The notes: generated from the sequence alone by a model not told the origin. DNA of 64,000 nucleotides from an uncultured Chloroflexia bacterium (GCA_963797275.1 CAWCOT010000005.1:407344-471343), one strand, 5' to 3'; numbered from the stretch's first letter, positions 37,593 to 47,184 are shown. Made by a program: numbers and translations.

Positions 37593-38372
37593 CTATTCGC
37601 TAAATTCCAACTCGAATTCCAGGTCTTCGTCCCAGGCATCATCGCGCTGCATTTGGATGTCGCCAAACAGGCTATCTTGATGAGCGGCAATGCGATATCG
37701 GCGAACCAATTCCAACATGGCCAGGAATGTCACTACCACCTGCAAACGCTCCGGTTTTTTGCCCAGCAATTCCCGGAATTGCACCACGGCCTTTTCCTTA
37801 AGCGCGTCGGCGATGAGACGGATCTTTTCGCGGATGGTTATCCTGGGGGCCCTTACCACGGTGGCAAGCGGAGCGCGCCCATCCTGTCTGGCAAAGACAT
37901 TGACCGCCGCATCGTACAGGTCCTTGGCGGTCAATCCAGTCAGGTCTAGGCGACCTTCTACTTTAGGTGGGGGCGCCAAACGTAAATAGGAGCGCAGGTT
38001 ATCTTCCTGCCGGCCAGCCAGGCGGTTGGCAATATCCTTGAATTGCTTGTAAAGAATGAGCTGCTGGACAAGTGCTTCGCCGGGATCTTCTTCGTCCGGC
38101 AAGCGCACGACGGGGCGCGGAAGGAGGGCTTCGGATTTGATCTGCATCAAACGGGAGGCAACCACAAGGAACTCTGATACTCTTTCAGCCCGCAGGACTT
38201 CCAGGCTACGCATGTAAGCCAGGAACTGATCGGTCACTTTGGCCAGGGAGAGCTTAGTGATATCCAGTTCGGCGCGCTCAATGAGCTGCAAGAGCAAATC
38301 CAGGGGGCCCTGGTAAACATCGGTTTCGACTGTATATGGTTGGGGGGCGTCGTAATGCAGGATAGATGTCAC
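37593..38372 (-). CDS. scpA: Segregation and condensation protein A (kleisin ScpA)
   Basis: ..VYQGPLDLLLQLIERAELDITKLSLAKVTDQFLAYM.. Confidence 0.85.
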   Translation of the reverse strand: MTSILHYDAPQPYTVETDVYQGPLDLLLQLIERAELDITKLSLAKVTDQFLAYMRSLEVLRAERVSEFLVVASRLMQIKSEALLPRPVVRLPDEEDPGEALVQQLILYKQFKDIANRLAGRQEDNLRSYLRLAPPPKVEGRLDLTGLTAKDLYDAAVNVFARQDGRAPLATVVRAPRITIREKIRLIADALKEKAVVQFRELLGKKPERLQVVVTFLAMLELVRRYRIAAHQDSLFGDIQMQRDDAWDEDLEFELEFSE

Positions 38373-38454
38373 TGGTTAATTATACTCGGGGGAGTAAGAT
38401 AGACTGCGAAGCAGGCGTCAAATAGGTAGAATTTAGGAAAACTGGAGAATATAA

Positions 38455-38817
38455 ATGCAAAGTGAACCTATTCATGTAACTGATGATGCGTTTGAAAAGA
38501 CGGTCATGAAGTCCGATATGCCGGTAGTAGTAGATTTCTGGGCGCCTTGGTGCGGCCCGTGCCTACGGGTGGCTCCCACGTTGGAAAAGCTTGCCAAGGA
38601 GTATGAAGGCAAGGTAGTGGTGGCGAAAGTGAACACCGACGAGAACCCTCTGTGGGCTCAGCAATTCGGTGTGCAGGGAATTCCCACCATGTTGTTCGTT
38701 TCGGACGGCAAGCTGGTGCATCGACAGGTTGGGGCCCTGCCTGAACCTATGCTGCGCGAATTGTTCGATCAATTCGTTGAGGTTGCAAAACCGAAATCTG
38801 AGGCTACTGCCAAATAA
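38455..38817 (+). CDS. trxA: Thioredoxin
   Basis: VVVDFWAPWCGPCLRVAP...VAKVNTDENP..A..FGVQGIPT. Confidence 0.9.
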   Translation: MQSEPIHVTDDAFEKTVMKSDMPVVVDFWAPWCGPCLRVAPTLEKLAKEYEGKVVVAKVNTDENPLWAQQFGVQGIPTMLFVSDGKLVHRQVGALPEPMLRELFDQFVEVAKPKSEATAK

Positions 38818-38838
38818 ATAGATTGATTTTGGAATTTG

Positions 38839-38866
38839 AAGGGCCGGGAGAAATCTCGGCCCTTTT
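38839..38866 (+). terminator. Intrinsic terminator after trxA
   Basis: GGGCCGgGAG-aaat-CTCGGCCC followed by TTTT. Confidence 0.65.
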
Positions 38867-39595
38867 ATGTTCACGTATAATGCCGACATGCTGACCCTAT
38901 GGGTAGTCATTGGTCTCCTAAGCGGATTGCTGGTTAATTATCTGGCGGATGTGCTCCCGACCCAGCGCAGGCTGGCAGTACCCCTGTGGTGGCCCTTGCG
39001 TGCCGCAAAGGTGGCGGCGTACTTGACGACCAGAGCAATCTTGGTTTTCGCCTTTCTACTGGGGGTAGGCATTGCCGTTTATCAGTTTCCCGCTGATGGA
39101 TTTTCAGGATATTTGCTATTTAGCATCATCGCCTATTTCACCCTGATCACGGTGATTGACTATGAACATAGACTGGTGCTGCACCCGATAAGCATCTTGG
39201 GGGTGTTGCTTATGGGTGGGATTGGCTTGATGCGGCATGGCTTAGCCAACACCTTGCTGGGGGGTGCGGTGGGATTTGGCTTGATGCTGGTGCTGTATTT
39301 CCTGGGCGATTGGCTAGGCCGTATGATGGCCAGGTCGCGGGGAGAGCCCTGGGAGGAAACGGCACTGGGATTTGGGGATGTAAACCTTTCGGGAGTGATT
39401 GGGCTATTGATGGGTTGGCCCGGTGTAATCGCGGCTTTATTTGCAGGCGTGTTTGCGGCTGGGATTTTCAGTGCCCTGTATTTGGTGTGGATGATGGTGC
39501 GGCGTAAATATTCGGTGTTTTCTTCTTTCGCTTATGCCCCCTTCCTGTCGTTAGGTACAGTGGTGATGATTTTGGTAGGGCTGTATTTTACGTAA
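38867..39595 (+). CDS. A24-family prepilin peptidase-like membrane protein
   Basis: Polytopic, with ..TVIDYEHRLV.. and ..LGFGDVNLSGVIGLLMGW.. as Asp motif contexts. The true start is possibly ATG 38888. Confidence 0.65.
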   Translation: MFTYNADMLTLWVVIGLLSGLLVNYLADVLPTQRRLAVPLWWPLRAAKVAAYLTTRAILVFAFLLGVGIAVYQFPADGFSGYLLFSIIAYFTLITVIDYEHRLVLHPISILGVLLMGGIGLMRHGLANTLLGGAVGFGLMLVLYFLGDWLGRMMARSRGEPWEETALGFGDVNLSGVIGLLMGWPGVIAALFAGVFAAGIFSALYLVWMMVRRKYSVFSSFAYAPFLSLGTVVMILVGLYFT

Positions 39596-39596
39596 G

Positions 39597-39971
39597 TCAA
39601 GCTCTCTTTTCCCCTAGAAACTGTAAGACTTTTTCCAAGACCTCCTCTGGTGGGAGTTGATCTGTTTCGATGGTCAGATCGGCGCGCTGGCTGGCATCCT
39701 CCAGGCGAGGTTGCTGATCTTCGTATTCCTGTTTAGTCCAACTTATGCCGCGCTGCAGCGTGGTTTCGTATTGGCAATGCAAGAAAATGAGGAAATCGGG
39801 CTTGCCGATGATTTCCCACATCCTTGGAGCGAAAGAATGCTCTTGGGCGATCTGGATGGCTTCGATCCCCGAGACTTGTAAGCCGCGCACCAGCGTGGAT
39901 TTGCCCGATTTGCACGGGCCAACCACGCCTACGCGCGGCCAGGTACTTTGAGGGCTGCCGTCCTCTGTCAT
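39597..39971 (-). CDS. Very small P-loop NTPase or kinase-like protein (about 124 aa), family not recognised
   Basis: Walker A is VGVVGPCKSGKSTLVRGL. ATG 39969..39971 forms an ATGA overlap with the stop of the upstream PPM phosphatase gene. The track start at 39992 is less likely. Confidence 0.6.
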   Translation of the reverse strand: MTEDGSPQSTWPRVGVVGPCKSGKSTLVRGLQVSGIEAIQIAQEHSFAPRMWEIIGKPDFLIFLHCQYETTLQRGISWTKQEYEDQQPRLEDASQRADLTIETDQLPPEEVLEKVLQFLGEKRA

Positions 39972-40669
39972 GACAAAGGCAATCTTACCCACATGCGGCG
40001 CACATCGTCGCTGCCGCGCGGCAACACGCCGATAATAACCACGCTGATATCGTCGCCAGGGCGGGTTTGTTCCAGTTGAAGCGCTTCCGCCATAAGTCCG
40101 TCAGCGATGCCTTGGGGCTGGGCGCCACCGGCGAGCAATTTATCGAAGAGAGCGGGTATATCCATGGGCTTGCTTTGACGCTCCCCAGCAAAAGGAAGCC
40201 CATCGCTAAACATGGCTATGGTCAAACCATCCTGTAGGTCCATTTCAGTGATAACGGGGCGTGTGCCGCGACGCAGGCCAACGGGTTGGCTGTCTCCGTC
40301 CAGGGATTTTGTATGTCCGTCCACGTGCACCAGCACCGGGTTGGGATTATTCCGCGTGATGACCACGCTGCGGGACTCCAAATCGATGGAGAGGATGTTT
40401 AACGTGGACTGAACCTGGCCATTGCGATGGGTGTAGAGGTAATCGGAGGCAGCGCGGGCGGAGGCCCCGTCGCGGACGCCTTCAGCCAATAGACTGATGA
40501 CCTTGCGAACCACCATATTGGAGATAAGCTTGGCGCTCTTGCCGGAGCGTTGGCCATCGGCCAGGACTAACGAAAGGCCCCCGTTGGGGCGTTCGACCAG
40601 CTCAAACGTATCTCCACTCTCTGAGGAAGCGTATTTATTGATTTTGGCGACGCCGATTTGAATTTCCAT
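39968..40669 (-). CDS. Stand-alone PPM/SpoIIE-type serine phosphatase domain protein
   Basis: ..SSESGDTFELV..LVLADGQRSGKSA...MFSDGL...PGDDISVVIIG are PP2C metal-site motifs. It is 233 aa with no sensor domain. Confidence 0.7.
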   Translation of the reverse strand: MEIQIGVAKINKYASSESGDTFELVERPNGGLSLVLADGQRSGKSAKLISNMVVRKVISLLAEGVRDGASARAASDYLYTHRNGQVQSTLNILSIDLESRSVVITRNNPNPVLVHVDGHTKSLDGDSQPVGLRRGTRPVITEMDLQDGLTIAMFSDGLPFAGERQSKPMDIPALFDKLLAGGAQPQGIADGLMAEALQLEQTRPGDDISVVIIGVLPRGSDDVRRMWVRLPLS

Positions 40670-40857
40670 AGTCAGAATTCTATATCAGTTGTCAAGTTTA
40701 CCTGCTGGTTGAGTCGAAGACGCGCAAGTATCTTGACAAAAATTATGTGAAGCAGGTTTTTTAAGAGTTTGCTGGGCAAACTCTGGGGCTCAGAGTACAG
40801 GCAAATCGCTGTGCTGCGGGAAGACCAGCGATTTTGGCAAGCAATGGACAGAGCGGT

Positions 40858-41505
40858 TCAAGGCTTTTCGGCAATTACCTGGATTAAATCCCCCCCGGCT
40901 GCCTGGATGTGTTTTTGCTGCACTGTGTACCCCAACGCTTTCAGCTGGCTGCTAAACAGGCCGGTCCAATCATTGGCCTGCCCTGTGGCGCGAAAGAGGC
41001 AGGCCATCAGGCGCTCTAGTAAACCGGTTCCCCGCAGCCAGGCGACTGGAAGGACGACAAAGCGCCCTCCGGGGGTAAGAACCCGGTAAGACTCGGCAAG
41101 GGTTTGGGGATCGAAGATGTATTCACTAGGGAAGGTCGAAACGAGCTGATTGAAACTGGCGGACTTAAACGGCATGCGCTGGGCGCGCCCTCGGACGAGG
41201 TGGGCAGGCGTTCCGGCGGAGAACAAGCGGCGGGCCGCCTGACGGCCCATTTGGGGGCTGAGGTCCAGGCCGAAGGCATCGGCCCCTTTTTGGTCGAGGG
41301 CAACTTGAAGGTGGCCGGGGCCATGACCAAGTTCGAGGACACGTGGGCCGGAGAGGTATGGCAAGGTCGTATAGACCCAGTCCTTCCAGCGGCCCAGGGA
41401 AACGGCCCAGGCAACGAGGTCATAGCTCCAGGCCATGGGTTGGTAGAGCAGGAAGAAGAAAGCGCGCAGGAAGGCTATGAGCGGGCCGTGGGGCTTGGTT
41501 TCCAT
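40858..41505 (-). CDS. Class I SAM-dependent methyltransferase
   Basis: PRVLELGHGPGHL is motif I. ..LTPGGRFVV.. follows. The N-terminus is hydrophobic. Confidence 0.7.
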   Translation of the reverse strand: METKPHGPLIAFLRAFFFLLYQPMAWSYDLVAWAVSLGRWKDWVYTTLPYLSGPRVLELGHGPGHLQVALDQKGADAFGLDLSPQMGRQAARRLFSAGTPAHLVRGRAQRMPFKSASFNQLVSTFPSEYIFDPQTLAESYRVLTPGGRFVVLPVAWLRGTGLLERLMACLFRATGQANDWTGLFSSQLKALGYTVQQKHIQAAGGDLIQVIAEKP

Positions 41506-41701
41506 TTGGGTGGAAAGATTTTATCGCCGGAGGGCGATAGTGTTCCTAAGTGTTCCTAATAGACACAAAGATCCTCAAGAAAAGAGACAATGCGGATTGC
41601 TCGCTGAAGGAGGCCGTGGATTGACGAGGATATTGTGCACCGCTCGGAATAACTGAGGAATGCCGGTGTTGCTGGCGACACCCTGGCTTGTTTTAGCAGG
41701 A

Positions 41702-42598
41702 TTAGATGAGCAAGGGTAGCTTGCCGGGGTGGACGATGTATTCTAGGTCCTGGATTGCGTAGGAGAACAGTTCGCCGTCCGCGTGGGCAGGGCTTGCGGG
41801 TTCGACATGTACTTTCAAGCGGGTGGTGTGAAATTCGTGCACGGCGGGATGCTCCACGTAATTGCCTTCGCTAGCCTTCATGGTCTTGGGCAATACGGCA
41901 AGGATCTTCAGGCGGCTGGAGAGATAGCCGTGGACAAAGGTAAGCTGGCCGTCATACGGATCGGCATGGGGAACCGTGTAGAATACGCCACCGGTGAGGG
42001 GAGAATTGCCGACGGAAACCAGGGTGCAGGGTCCATCATAGGAACCACCATCCCACTGTAAGCGCATGTTCCATTGCGGATTGCGAGCAATGGCTACCAG
42101 GGTGGCCAGCAAGTAGCGGAAGATACCTTTAACGCGGGTCATATCTTGCTGGATGACGGTGACATAGGGTTCCAAGCCGATGCCGGAGTTGTTGATGAAA
42201 TAGCGATCGTTGACCTGCAGGATGTCGATGGGTCGCGTTTTTCCCGCCGCGAGGACCCTGGCGGCGCCATCCAGATCAGTGGGCAGACCCAGATTGACCA
42301 CAGTGTCATTGGCGGTGCCAAGGGGAAGAATTCCCATGGGAGGTGGATTATTGGTTCCGGTAGCCTGGACAATTCCGTTCACGACTTCGCCAATGGTGCC
42401 ATCTCCACCGGCGGCGATGATGGGGCTGTAACCTTGGCGAACTGCCTGGGCGGCCAACTCAGTGCAGTGGCCGCGTTGGGAACTGAGCGCAGTTTCGAAT
42501 TCGACGCCAACCGCACTCAAGGCAGCTTCCACGTCTGATTGACGCCTGCCCGCCTCCCAGCGGGAGGCATATGGATTGAGAACGACTTTTGCTTGCAT
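41702..42598 (-). CDS. Diacylglycerol/lipid kinase family protein (YegS/BmrU-like)
   Basis: ..VLNPYASRW...IIAAGGDGTIGEVVNG...LGILPLGTANDT.. Confidence 0.8.
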   Translation of the reverse strand: MQAKVVLNPYASRWEAGRRQSDVEAALSAVGVEFETALSSQRGHCTELAAQAVRQGYSPIIAAGGDGTIGEVVNGIVQATGTNNPPPMGILPLGTANDTVVNLGLPTDLDGAARVLAAGKTRPIDILQVNDRYFINNSGIGLEPYVTVIQQDMTRVKGIFRYLLATLVAIARNPQWNMRLQWDGGSYDGPCTLVSVGNSPLTGGVFYTVPHADPYDGQLTFVHGYLSSRLKILAVLPKTMKASEGNYVEHPAVHEFHTTRLKVHVEPASPAHADGELFSYAIQDLEYIVHPGKLPLLI

Positions 42599-42624
42599 GG
42601 GAGGCCGCAAGAGGTGGCCGAGGG

Positions 42625-42855
42625 CTAAGAGCCGAGTACTTGAACCTCGACGCCTTGTTTACGCAGCCAGTCGATGGAGGATTCGATAATGGCAGCACTG
42701 CCGATGAGTTGTACTTCCAGCCAGCCTTCGGTGGGGTTCACTTCGGCGCGCAAGATATTAATGGCCAAATCGCGAAAATTGCGAATGAGCTGATTAACGA
42801 TGGGAATATTTACAACCGAAGGCGGATAAATCAAGCGCACAAGTTGTTCGGTCAT
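42625..42855 (-). CDS. Stand-alone NIL domain protein
   Basis: 76 aa. ..PIVNQLIRNFRDLAINILRAEVNPTEGWLEVQLIG....IESSIDWLRKQGVEVQVL resembles the MetN C-terminal NIL fold. Confidence 0.6.
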   Translation of the reverse strand: MTEQLVRLIYPPSVVNIPIVNQLIRNFRDLAINILRAEVNPTEGWLEVQLIGSAAIIESSIDWLRKQGVEVQVLGS

Positions 42856-42912
42856 AGGTGGCTCCTGGAATCAAGCAGGGGTCGATGTTTTCCGCATTTT
42901 AGCATGGAAACA

Positions 42913-43968
42913 TCAACGGGATGCTGCGGCGGAATCAGCTCTTTCCGCCAGCTGTCCGCAACCGGCTTGTATGTCTATCCCGCGGCGCACGCGAACGGTG
43001 CAGGGGATACCGTTGGATTCCAGCACCTGCTGAAATGCGGCCACACGGTCGCGGGTGGAGCGTTGCCCGCTATAGCCCTGGGTGGGATTGAGCGGGATCA
43101 CGTTTACGTGGCAGTTCAAACCAGCAAGGAGGCCGGCGAGTTTCTGTGCCTCCTGGGGAGAATCATTCACATCGCGGATAAGGGCCCACTCAAAGGTAAC
43201 TCGGCGGCCGGTAACCTGTACGTATTCACGACAAGCTTGGATCAGATCGCGGATAGGATAGCGTTGATTGATGGGCAACATGGAGGAACGCAATAAATCC
43301 TCAGTGGCGTGCAGAGAAATGGCCAGACCCACCTGACGTCTCTCGGCGGTGAAGCGCTTGATGGCGGGAATGAGCCCAACAGTAGAGATGGTGAAGCGAC
43401 GGGCACCCATATTGAAGCCATCCGGATTTCCTAGCCGGTCGATTGCCGCCAGCGAAGCATCATAATTGTTAAATGGCTCGCCCATACCCATTAGCACAAC
43501 ATTGGTAGGGCGCTCTCCTTCAGCATGTAGCTGGCGGGAGAAGAACAAAACCTGTTCGAGTATCTCGCCGCTGCTGAGATTTCGACGAAAGCCCATCTGA
43601 CCCGTGGCGCAAAAAACGCACCCCATGGCACAGCCAGCCTGTGTGGAGATGCACAGGGTGCGGCGGTCAGAGTAGCGCATGAGCACGGTCTCAATGGCCT
43701 GACCGTCCGGTAGGCGTAACAACACTTTGGTTGTCTGGCCGTCCGATGAATAAAGGTGTTGGTCTTCCTGGAGATGGGTAAAACTGAAATGCTCCTGGAG
43801 TTGCTTGCGCAAGTCCTTGGGAAAAGTGGTGAACTTATCCGCAGAGGCCCAGAATTGTAGATACAGCCCTTCCCAAAGCTGCTTGGCGCGATAAGCAGGC
43901 TGACCCCATTGGCTGAGTAAGGCGGCCAGGTCCTTGTATTCGAAATCGTAGATGAGTGGAAGGGACAT
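42913..43968 (-). CDS. rlmN: 23S rRNA/tRNA A2503/A37 C2-methyltransferase RlmN (radical SAM)
   Basis: ..YRAKQLWEGLY... and CISTQAGCAMGCVFCATG (CxxxCxxC) ...MGMGEP.. blocks. Confidence 0.9.
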   Translation of the reverse strand: MSLPLIYDFEYKDLAALLSQWGQPAYRAKQLWEGLYLQFWASADKFTTFPKDLRKQLQEHFSFTHLQEDQHLYSSDGQTTKVLLRLPDGQAIETVLMRYSDRRTLCISTQAGCAMGCVFCATGQMGFRRNLSSGEILEQVLFFSRQLHAEGERPTNVVLMGMGEPFNNYDASLAAIDRLGNPDGFNMGARRFTISTVGLIPAIKRFTAERRQVGLAISLHATEDLLRSSMLPINQRYPIRDLIQACREYVQVTGRRVTFEWALIRDVNDSPQEAQKLAGLLAGLNCHVNVIPLNPTQGYSGQRSTRDRVAAFQQVLESNGIPCTVRVRRGIDIQAGCGQLAERADSAAASR

Positions 43969-43980
43969 GAGCTGAGCGAA

Positions 43981-44754
43981 TCAGAGCTTAGTGAGCAAGG
44001 CGGCGAGATCGGCCTCGATAAAGTCCGGGGCAGGCCGCCACTGCCGAGCGGTTTCCCAGCTGGTCACACCGCTGAGTACCAGCGCTGTCTGGCAGCCGGC
44101 TTGCTGCCCCGCAACCAAGTCGGTCTCGATGCGATCACCCACCATAAGAGCTTCCCCAGGCTTCAGGCCCAGGGCATTGAGCGCAGTCAATAGCAGAGTT
44201 GGCTGCGGTTTACCGATAATTGTGGGGGGAACCCCGCTGGCCGCCTCTAGAGCGGCCAGAATGCTGCCGGCACCGGGCACTTCACCCAGTGGGGAGGGGA
44301 GGGTTTTGTCCGGGTTGGTGCCGTAGAAGGCAGCTCCGGCTCGAATGAGCAAAGTCGCCCTAGTCAGCTTGTCATAGGTGACCTGCCGATCCAGGGCGGC
44401 AACTACGGCAACGCAATCGTGGTCTGCAAGGCGGAAACCTTTTTCCTTCAAGGCTTCTTTTAGCCCGGTCTCGCCAACTACGAAAATATTGCCGCCTTGA
44501 GGATATTTTTCGCTAAGGACCTGGGCGGTAACTGTGGCAGAGGTGAACACGCTTTGGGCCGTCACTTCGGCACCGAAGCCGCGAAACATTTCCAGGTACT
44601 GCTTTACGGTGCGGGTTGCGTTATTGGTGACGAAAGCCAGCTTTAGGCCCTTTGCAGGGATGGCAGCCAAATTGGCAGGCACGTCGCCGATAGCCTCTGA
44701 ATCCCTCCAGAGAACGCCGTCCATGTCGAGGAGCAGGGCTTTGATATCGGGCAT
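43981..44754 (-). CDS. HAD-IIA family hydrolase (NagD-like)
   Basis: LLDMDGVLW..., FVTNN..., ..MVGDRIETD.. Confidence 0.8.
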   Translation of the reverse strand: MPDIKALLLDMDGVLWRDSEAIGDVPANLAAIPAKGLKLAFVTNNATRTVKQYLEMFRGFGAEVTAQSVFTSATVTAQVLSEKYPQGGNIFVVGETGLKEALKEKGFRLADHDCVAVVAALDRQVTYDKLTRATLLIRAGAAFYGTNPDKTLPSPLGEVPGAGSILAALEAASGVPPTIIGKPQPTLLLTALNALGLKPGEALMVGDRIETDLVAGQQAGCQTALVLSGVTSWETARQWRPAPDFIEADLAALLTKL

Positions 44755-44834
44755 GATAAGCAATTATAAGGGGGACGAATGAAAGAGAGACAGCCAGTTG
44801 TTAGTGGCTTTCGGATCAGGGGGTGACACCTGCG

Positions 44835-44869
44835 AAAAAAAAGGAGCCGAGAAACCTCGGCTCCTTTTT
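44835..44869 (-). terminator. Intrinsic terminator after clpP (bidirectional shape)
   Basis: AAAAAAAA-GGAGCCGAG-aaac-CTCGGCTCC-TTTTT. Confidence 0.8.
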
Positions 44870-44884
44870 AAGTTAAGCGAACCC

Positions 44885-45506
44885 TTAGTTGCTGCTGACA
44901 GCCAATGTTGGCTTTACCAAGACCTGGTCCACCAGGCCGTACTCGACAGCCTGTTGGGAAGTCATGTAGAAGTCGCGGTCAGTGTCCTTCTCGATTTCTT
45001 CCGGCGTCTTGCCAGTGGCCTCGGCCAAAATCTCGTTCATGCGCTGCTTGAGGCGCAGGATCTCCTTGGCGTGTATTTCGATGTCGGTGGCCTGGCCGCC
45101 GCCACCGCCGCTGGCCCAGGGTTGGTGCATGTGGATCGTGGCGTTGGGCAGCGCATAGCGATGCCCCTTGGAACCGGCGGTCAGAAGTACGGTAGCGTAC
45201 GAGGCTGCAAAGCCAACCGCTACCGTGCTGACCTGGTTAGGGATCATTTGCATAGTGTCGTAGATGGCCATGCCGGCATAAACAGAGCCGCCCGGGGATG
45301 AGATATACATCTGGATGGGAGCGTCCTGATCTTCGTTGCTCAAGTAGATAAGTTGGGCAACGATCAGGTTAGCGGTCTGGTCTTCGATGGGTGTGCTCAG
45401 CAAGATGATGCGGCGCTTGAGCAGCAGGGAGTAAATATCGAAAGGCGCGCTCGCCGCGGCCTGTGGTCTCAATTACCATAGGGATAACAGACTTGGGGTC
45501 GAACAT
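44885..45506 (-). CDS. clpP: ATP-dependent Clp protease proteolytic subunit ClpP; apparent 1-nt insertion near 45441
   Basis: ATG 45506 gives MFDPKSVIPMVIETTGRGERAF, then a frame change to DIYSLLLKRRII...SPGGSV..G.AIYDTMQ...A.SYATVLL... RBS AAGGA present. Confidence 0.85.
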
Positions 45507-45535
45507 TGAATTATCCTTTCTCATTTTCATAATGA

Positions 45536-46963
45536 CTATTCCGTCTTCTTCTCAGATTTTTCTTTAACAGGTTTTTCAGCAGCGGGTTCTTCTGTTTCAG
45601 CCTGGGCCTTCTTAGGCTTGGCTTTGGGTACTTCACCCTTACCTTCAGCAATGAGGCGCAATCGGTCGAGGGTGCGATTGATCACTTCTTCGGTAAGTGT
45701 GCGGCTGACCAACCCCTGAAGGTTTTCCTTGGCCAAAATCTTCTTCATATCATCTGCAGAATAAGATTGAGACAGACGAGTAATCTTCTGCTGGACCAAA
45801 CCCTCGACATCCTCCTCGGGAACCTCAATGTTTTCCTGTTTGGATACTTCCATAATCACCAGCGACTTTTTGAGCCTTTCTTGAACACGGGGGCTGACCT
45901 CTTCCTCGAGTTGATCCAGGGTCATGTCGCAACTCTTTAAGTAGGTTTCCAGGTCCAGACCGCGTGCGGCTAATTCCGGTCCCAAGTCTTCGATGTAATG
46001 ATGAATCTCGTGGTGCAACATTTGAGGCGGGAACTTAACCTCGCTCTTTTCTATGATCTGTTCGACGATGCGATTGTCGTATTCATCCTTGGCCTGGTTG
46101 GCGAAATTTTCGGTGAGCTGCTTCTCAATCTCGGCACGAAGTTCCGCCATAGTTTTGTAGCTGCCAAGCGTTTGGGCGAAGGCGTCGTCCAGTTCGGGCA
46201 TTTGGCGGTCTTTGATTTCCTCGACCTTGAGTTTGAAGCTAGCGGCCTCACCACGCAGGTCCTCGAAATCGGCATCCTTGGCGAAGGTGTGGGGGAAAGT
46301 CTTTTCCTCCTCGGGCTTCATGCCGATGAGCAGGCGTGAGAAACCGGGGAAGGGCCACTCATTCTTGGTGTCTACATCCTCTTTTTCGACGACGACAGGA
46401 TAACGGCGTTCGGGCAGCAAGGAGGTCTTTCCATCCTTAGGTTTGCCGCGCTCTGCGCTCATGAGGATGTAGACCATATCGCCTTCCTCGACGGATCGCT
46501 GCACTGGAACGAGCATAGCGTTTTGCTCGCGAAGGTCTTTAATCACTTTGTCGACGTCGGCCTGCGTGACCTTCTTGTCCTCGAAAGTCAGGCGAATTTT
46601 TTTGTAATCGCCGAGTTCGACCTCGGGAGAAAGAGGCACCTTGAATTCGAAGATCTGCGGGTCCTTGTCTTCATGCACCTTTTCCAATGTTCCGGGGCCA
46701 TAGGGCTTGATACCGGCTTCTTCAATTACTTTGGGATACATTTCCTCTAGCACGATGTCGATGGCTTCGTCCTTGATCGCCTCAAGTCCAACCTGCTTTT
46801 CAATGACGTTGAATGGCGCTTTACCAGGACGGAAGCCGGGGATCTTTACGCGCTGCGCGATTTTGCGAGCGGCCTTTTGACGAGCGCTTTCCAAGGTTTG
46901 TTTTTCGACCTCAACTGAGAATTGCACTTGATGGTCGTCTAGGTTTTTTTGGTCGATTTTCAA
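45536..46963 (-). CDS. tig: Trigger factor
   Basis: ..IPGFRPGKAPFNVIEK.. and the FKBP-like middle domain. It sits upstream of clpP as usual. Confidence 0.9.
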   Translation of the reverse strand: MKIDQKNLDDHQVQFSVEVEKQTLESARQKAARKIAQRVKIPGFRPGKAPFNVIEKQVGLEAIKDEAIDIVLEEMYPKVIEEAGIKPYGPGTLEKVHEDKDPQIFEFKVPLSPEVELGDYKKIRLTFEDKKVTQADVDKVIKDLREQNAMLVPVQRSVEEGDMVYILMSAERGKPKDGKTSLLPERRYPVVVEKEDVDTKNEWPFPGFSRLLIGMKPEEEKTFPHTFAKDADFEDLRGEAASFKLKVEEIKDRQMPELDDAFAQTLGSYKTMAELRAEIEKQLTENFANQAKDEYDNRIVEQIIEKSEVKFPPQMLHHEIHHYIEDLGPELAARGLDLETYLKSCDMTLDQLEEEVSPRVQERLKKSLVIMEVSKQENIEVPEEDVEGLVQQKITRLSQSYSADDMKKILAKENLQGLVSRTLTEEVINRTLDRLRLIAEGKGEVPKAKPKKAQAETEEPAAEKPVKEKSEKKTE

Positions 46964-47083
46964 AAGTTGAGTTCCTTAAAGAATTAAATCGCAAACCCGC
47001 GGATTATAGCATAGCAAGATTTTGGGCAGTATCAGAGCTTCGTTAGATTATTGTGAACAGGAAATTTCGGGAAAATATCATAG

Positions 47084-47166
47084 TGGGGAAGGAGGGGAGT
47101 CGAACCCTCACGCCTTGCGGCACATGATCCTAAGTCATGCTTGTCTGCCAATTCCAACACTTCCCC
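47084..47166 (-). tRNA. tRNA-Leu (anticodon TAG), CCA not encoded
   Basis: Minus strand: GGGGAAG..TTGGAATTGGCAGACAA..CATGA-CTTAGGA-TCATG..TGCCGCAAGGCGT..GAGGG-TTCGACT-CCCTC-CTTCCCC-A. Confidence 0.9.
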
Positions 47167-47175
47167 GGAGCGTGG

Positions 47176-47184
47176 ATTATAGCA
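47176..47184 (-). promoter_or_regulatory. Extended -10 promoter (TGCTATAAT) for tRNA-Leu(TAG)
   Basis: The minus strand reads TGCTATAAT, 9 nt upstream of the tRNA 5' end. A plus-strand CCGACA-N17-TATAAT (47193..47221) faces the divergent gene. Confidence 0.5.

Noticed and set aside
41539-41558. Exact tandem duplication AGTGTTCCTA x2, next to a TATCGCC/GGCGATA hairpin.
   Set aside because: There are only two copies of a 10-mer in an intergenic region. This is too short to call a repeat element or binding array.
42625-42855. NIL-domain protein plus the ThrC-like enzyme as a methanogen-style sulfide-dependent homocysteine pathway.
   Set aside because: The two genes are 16 kb apart on opposite strands. 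No COG1900-type or ferredoxin-domain partner is present.
42589-43296. 235-aa plus-strand ORF spanning the NIL gene and the rlmN 3' end.
   Set aside because: It is antisense to two genes with strong signatures, and it crosses an intergenic gap with no sensible domain.
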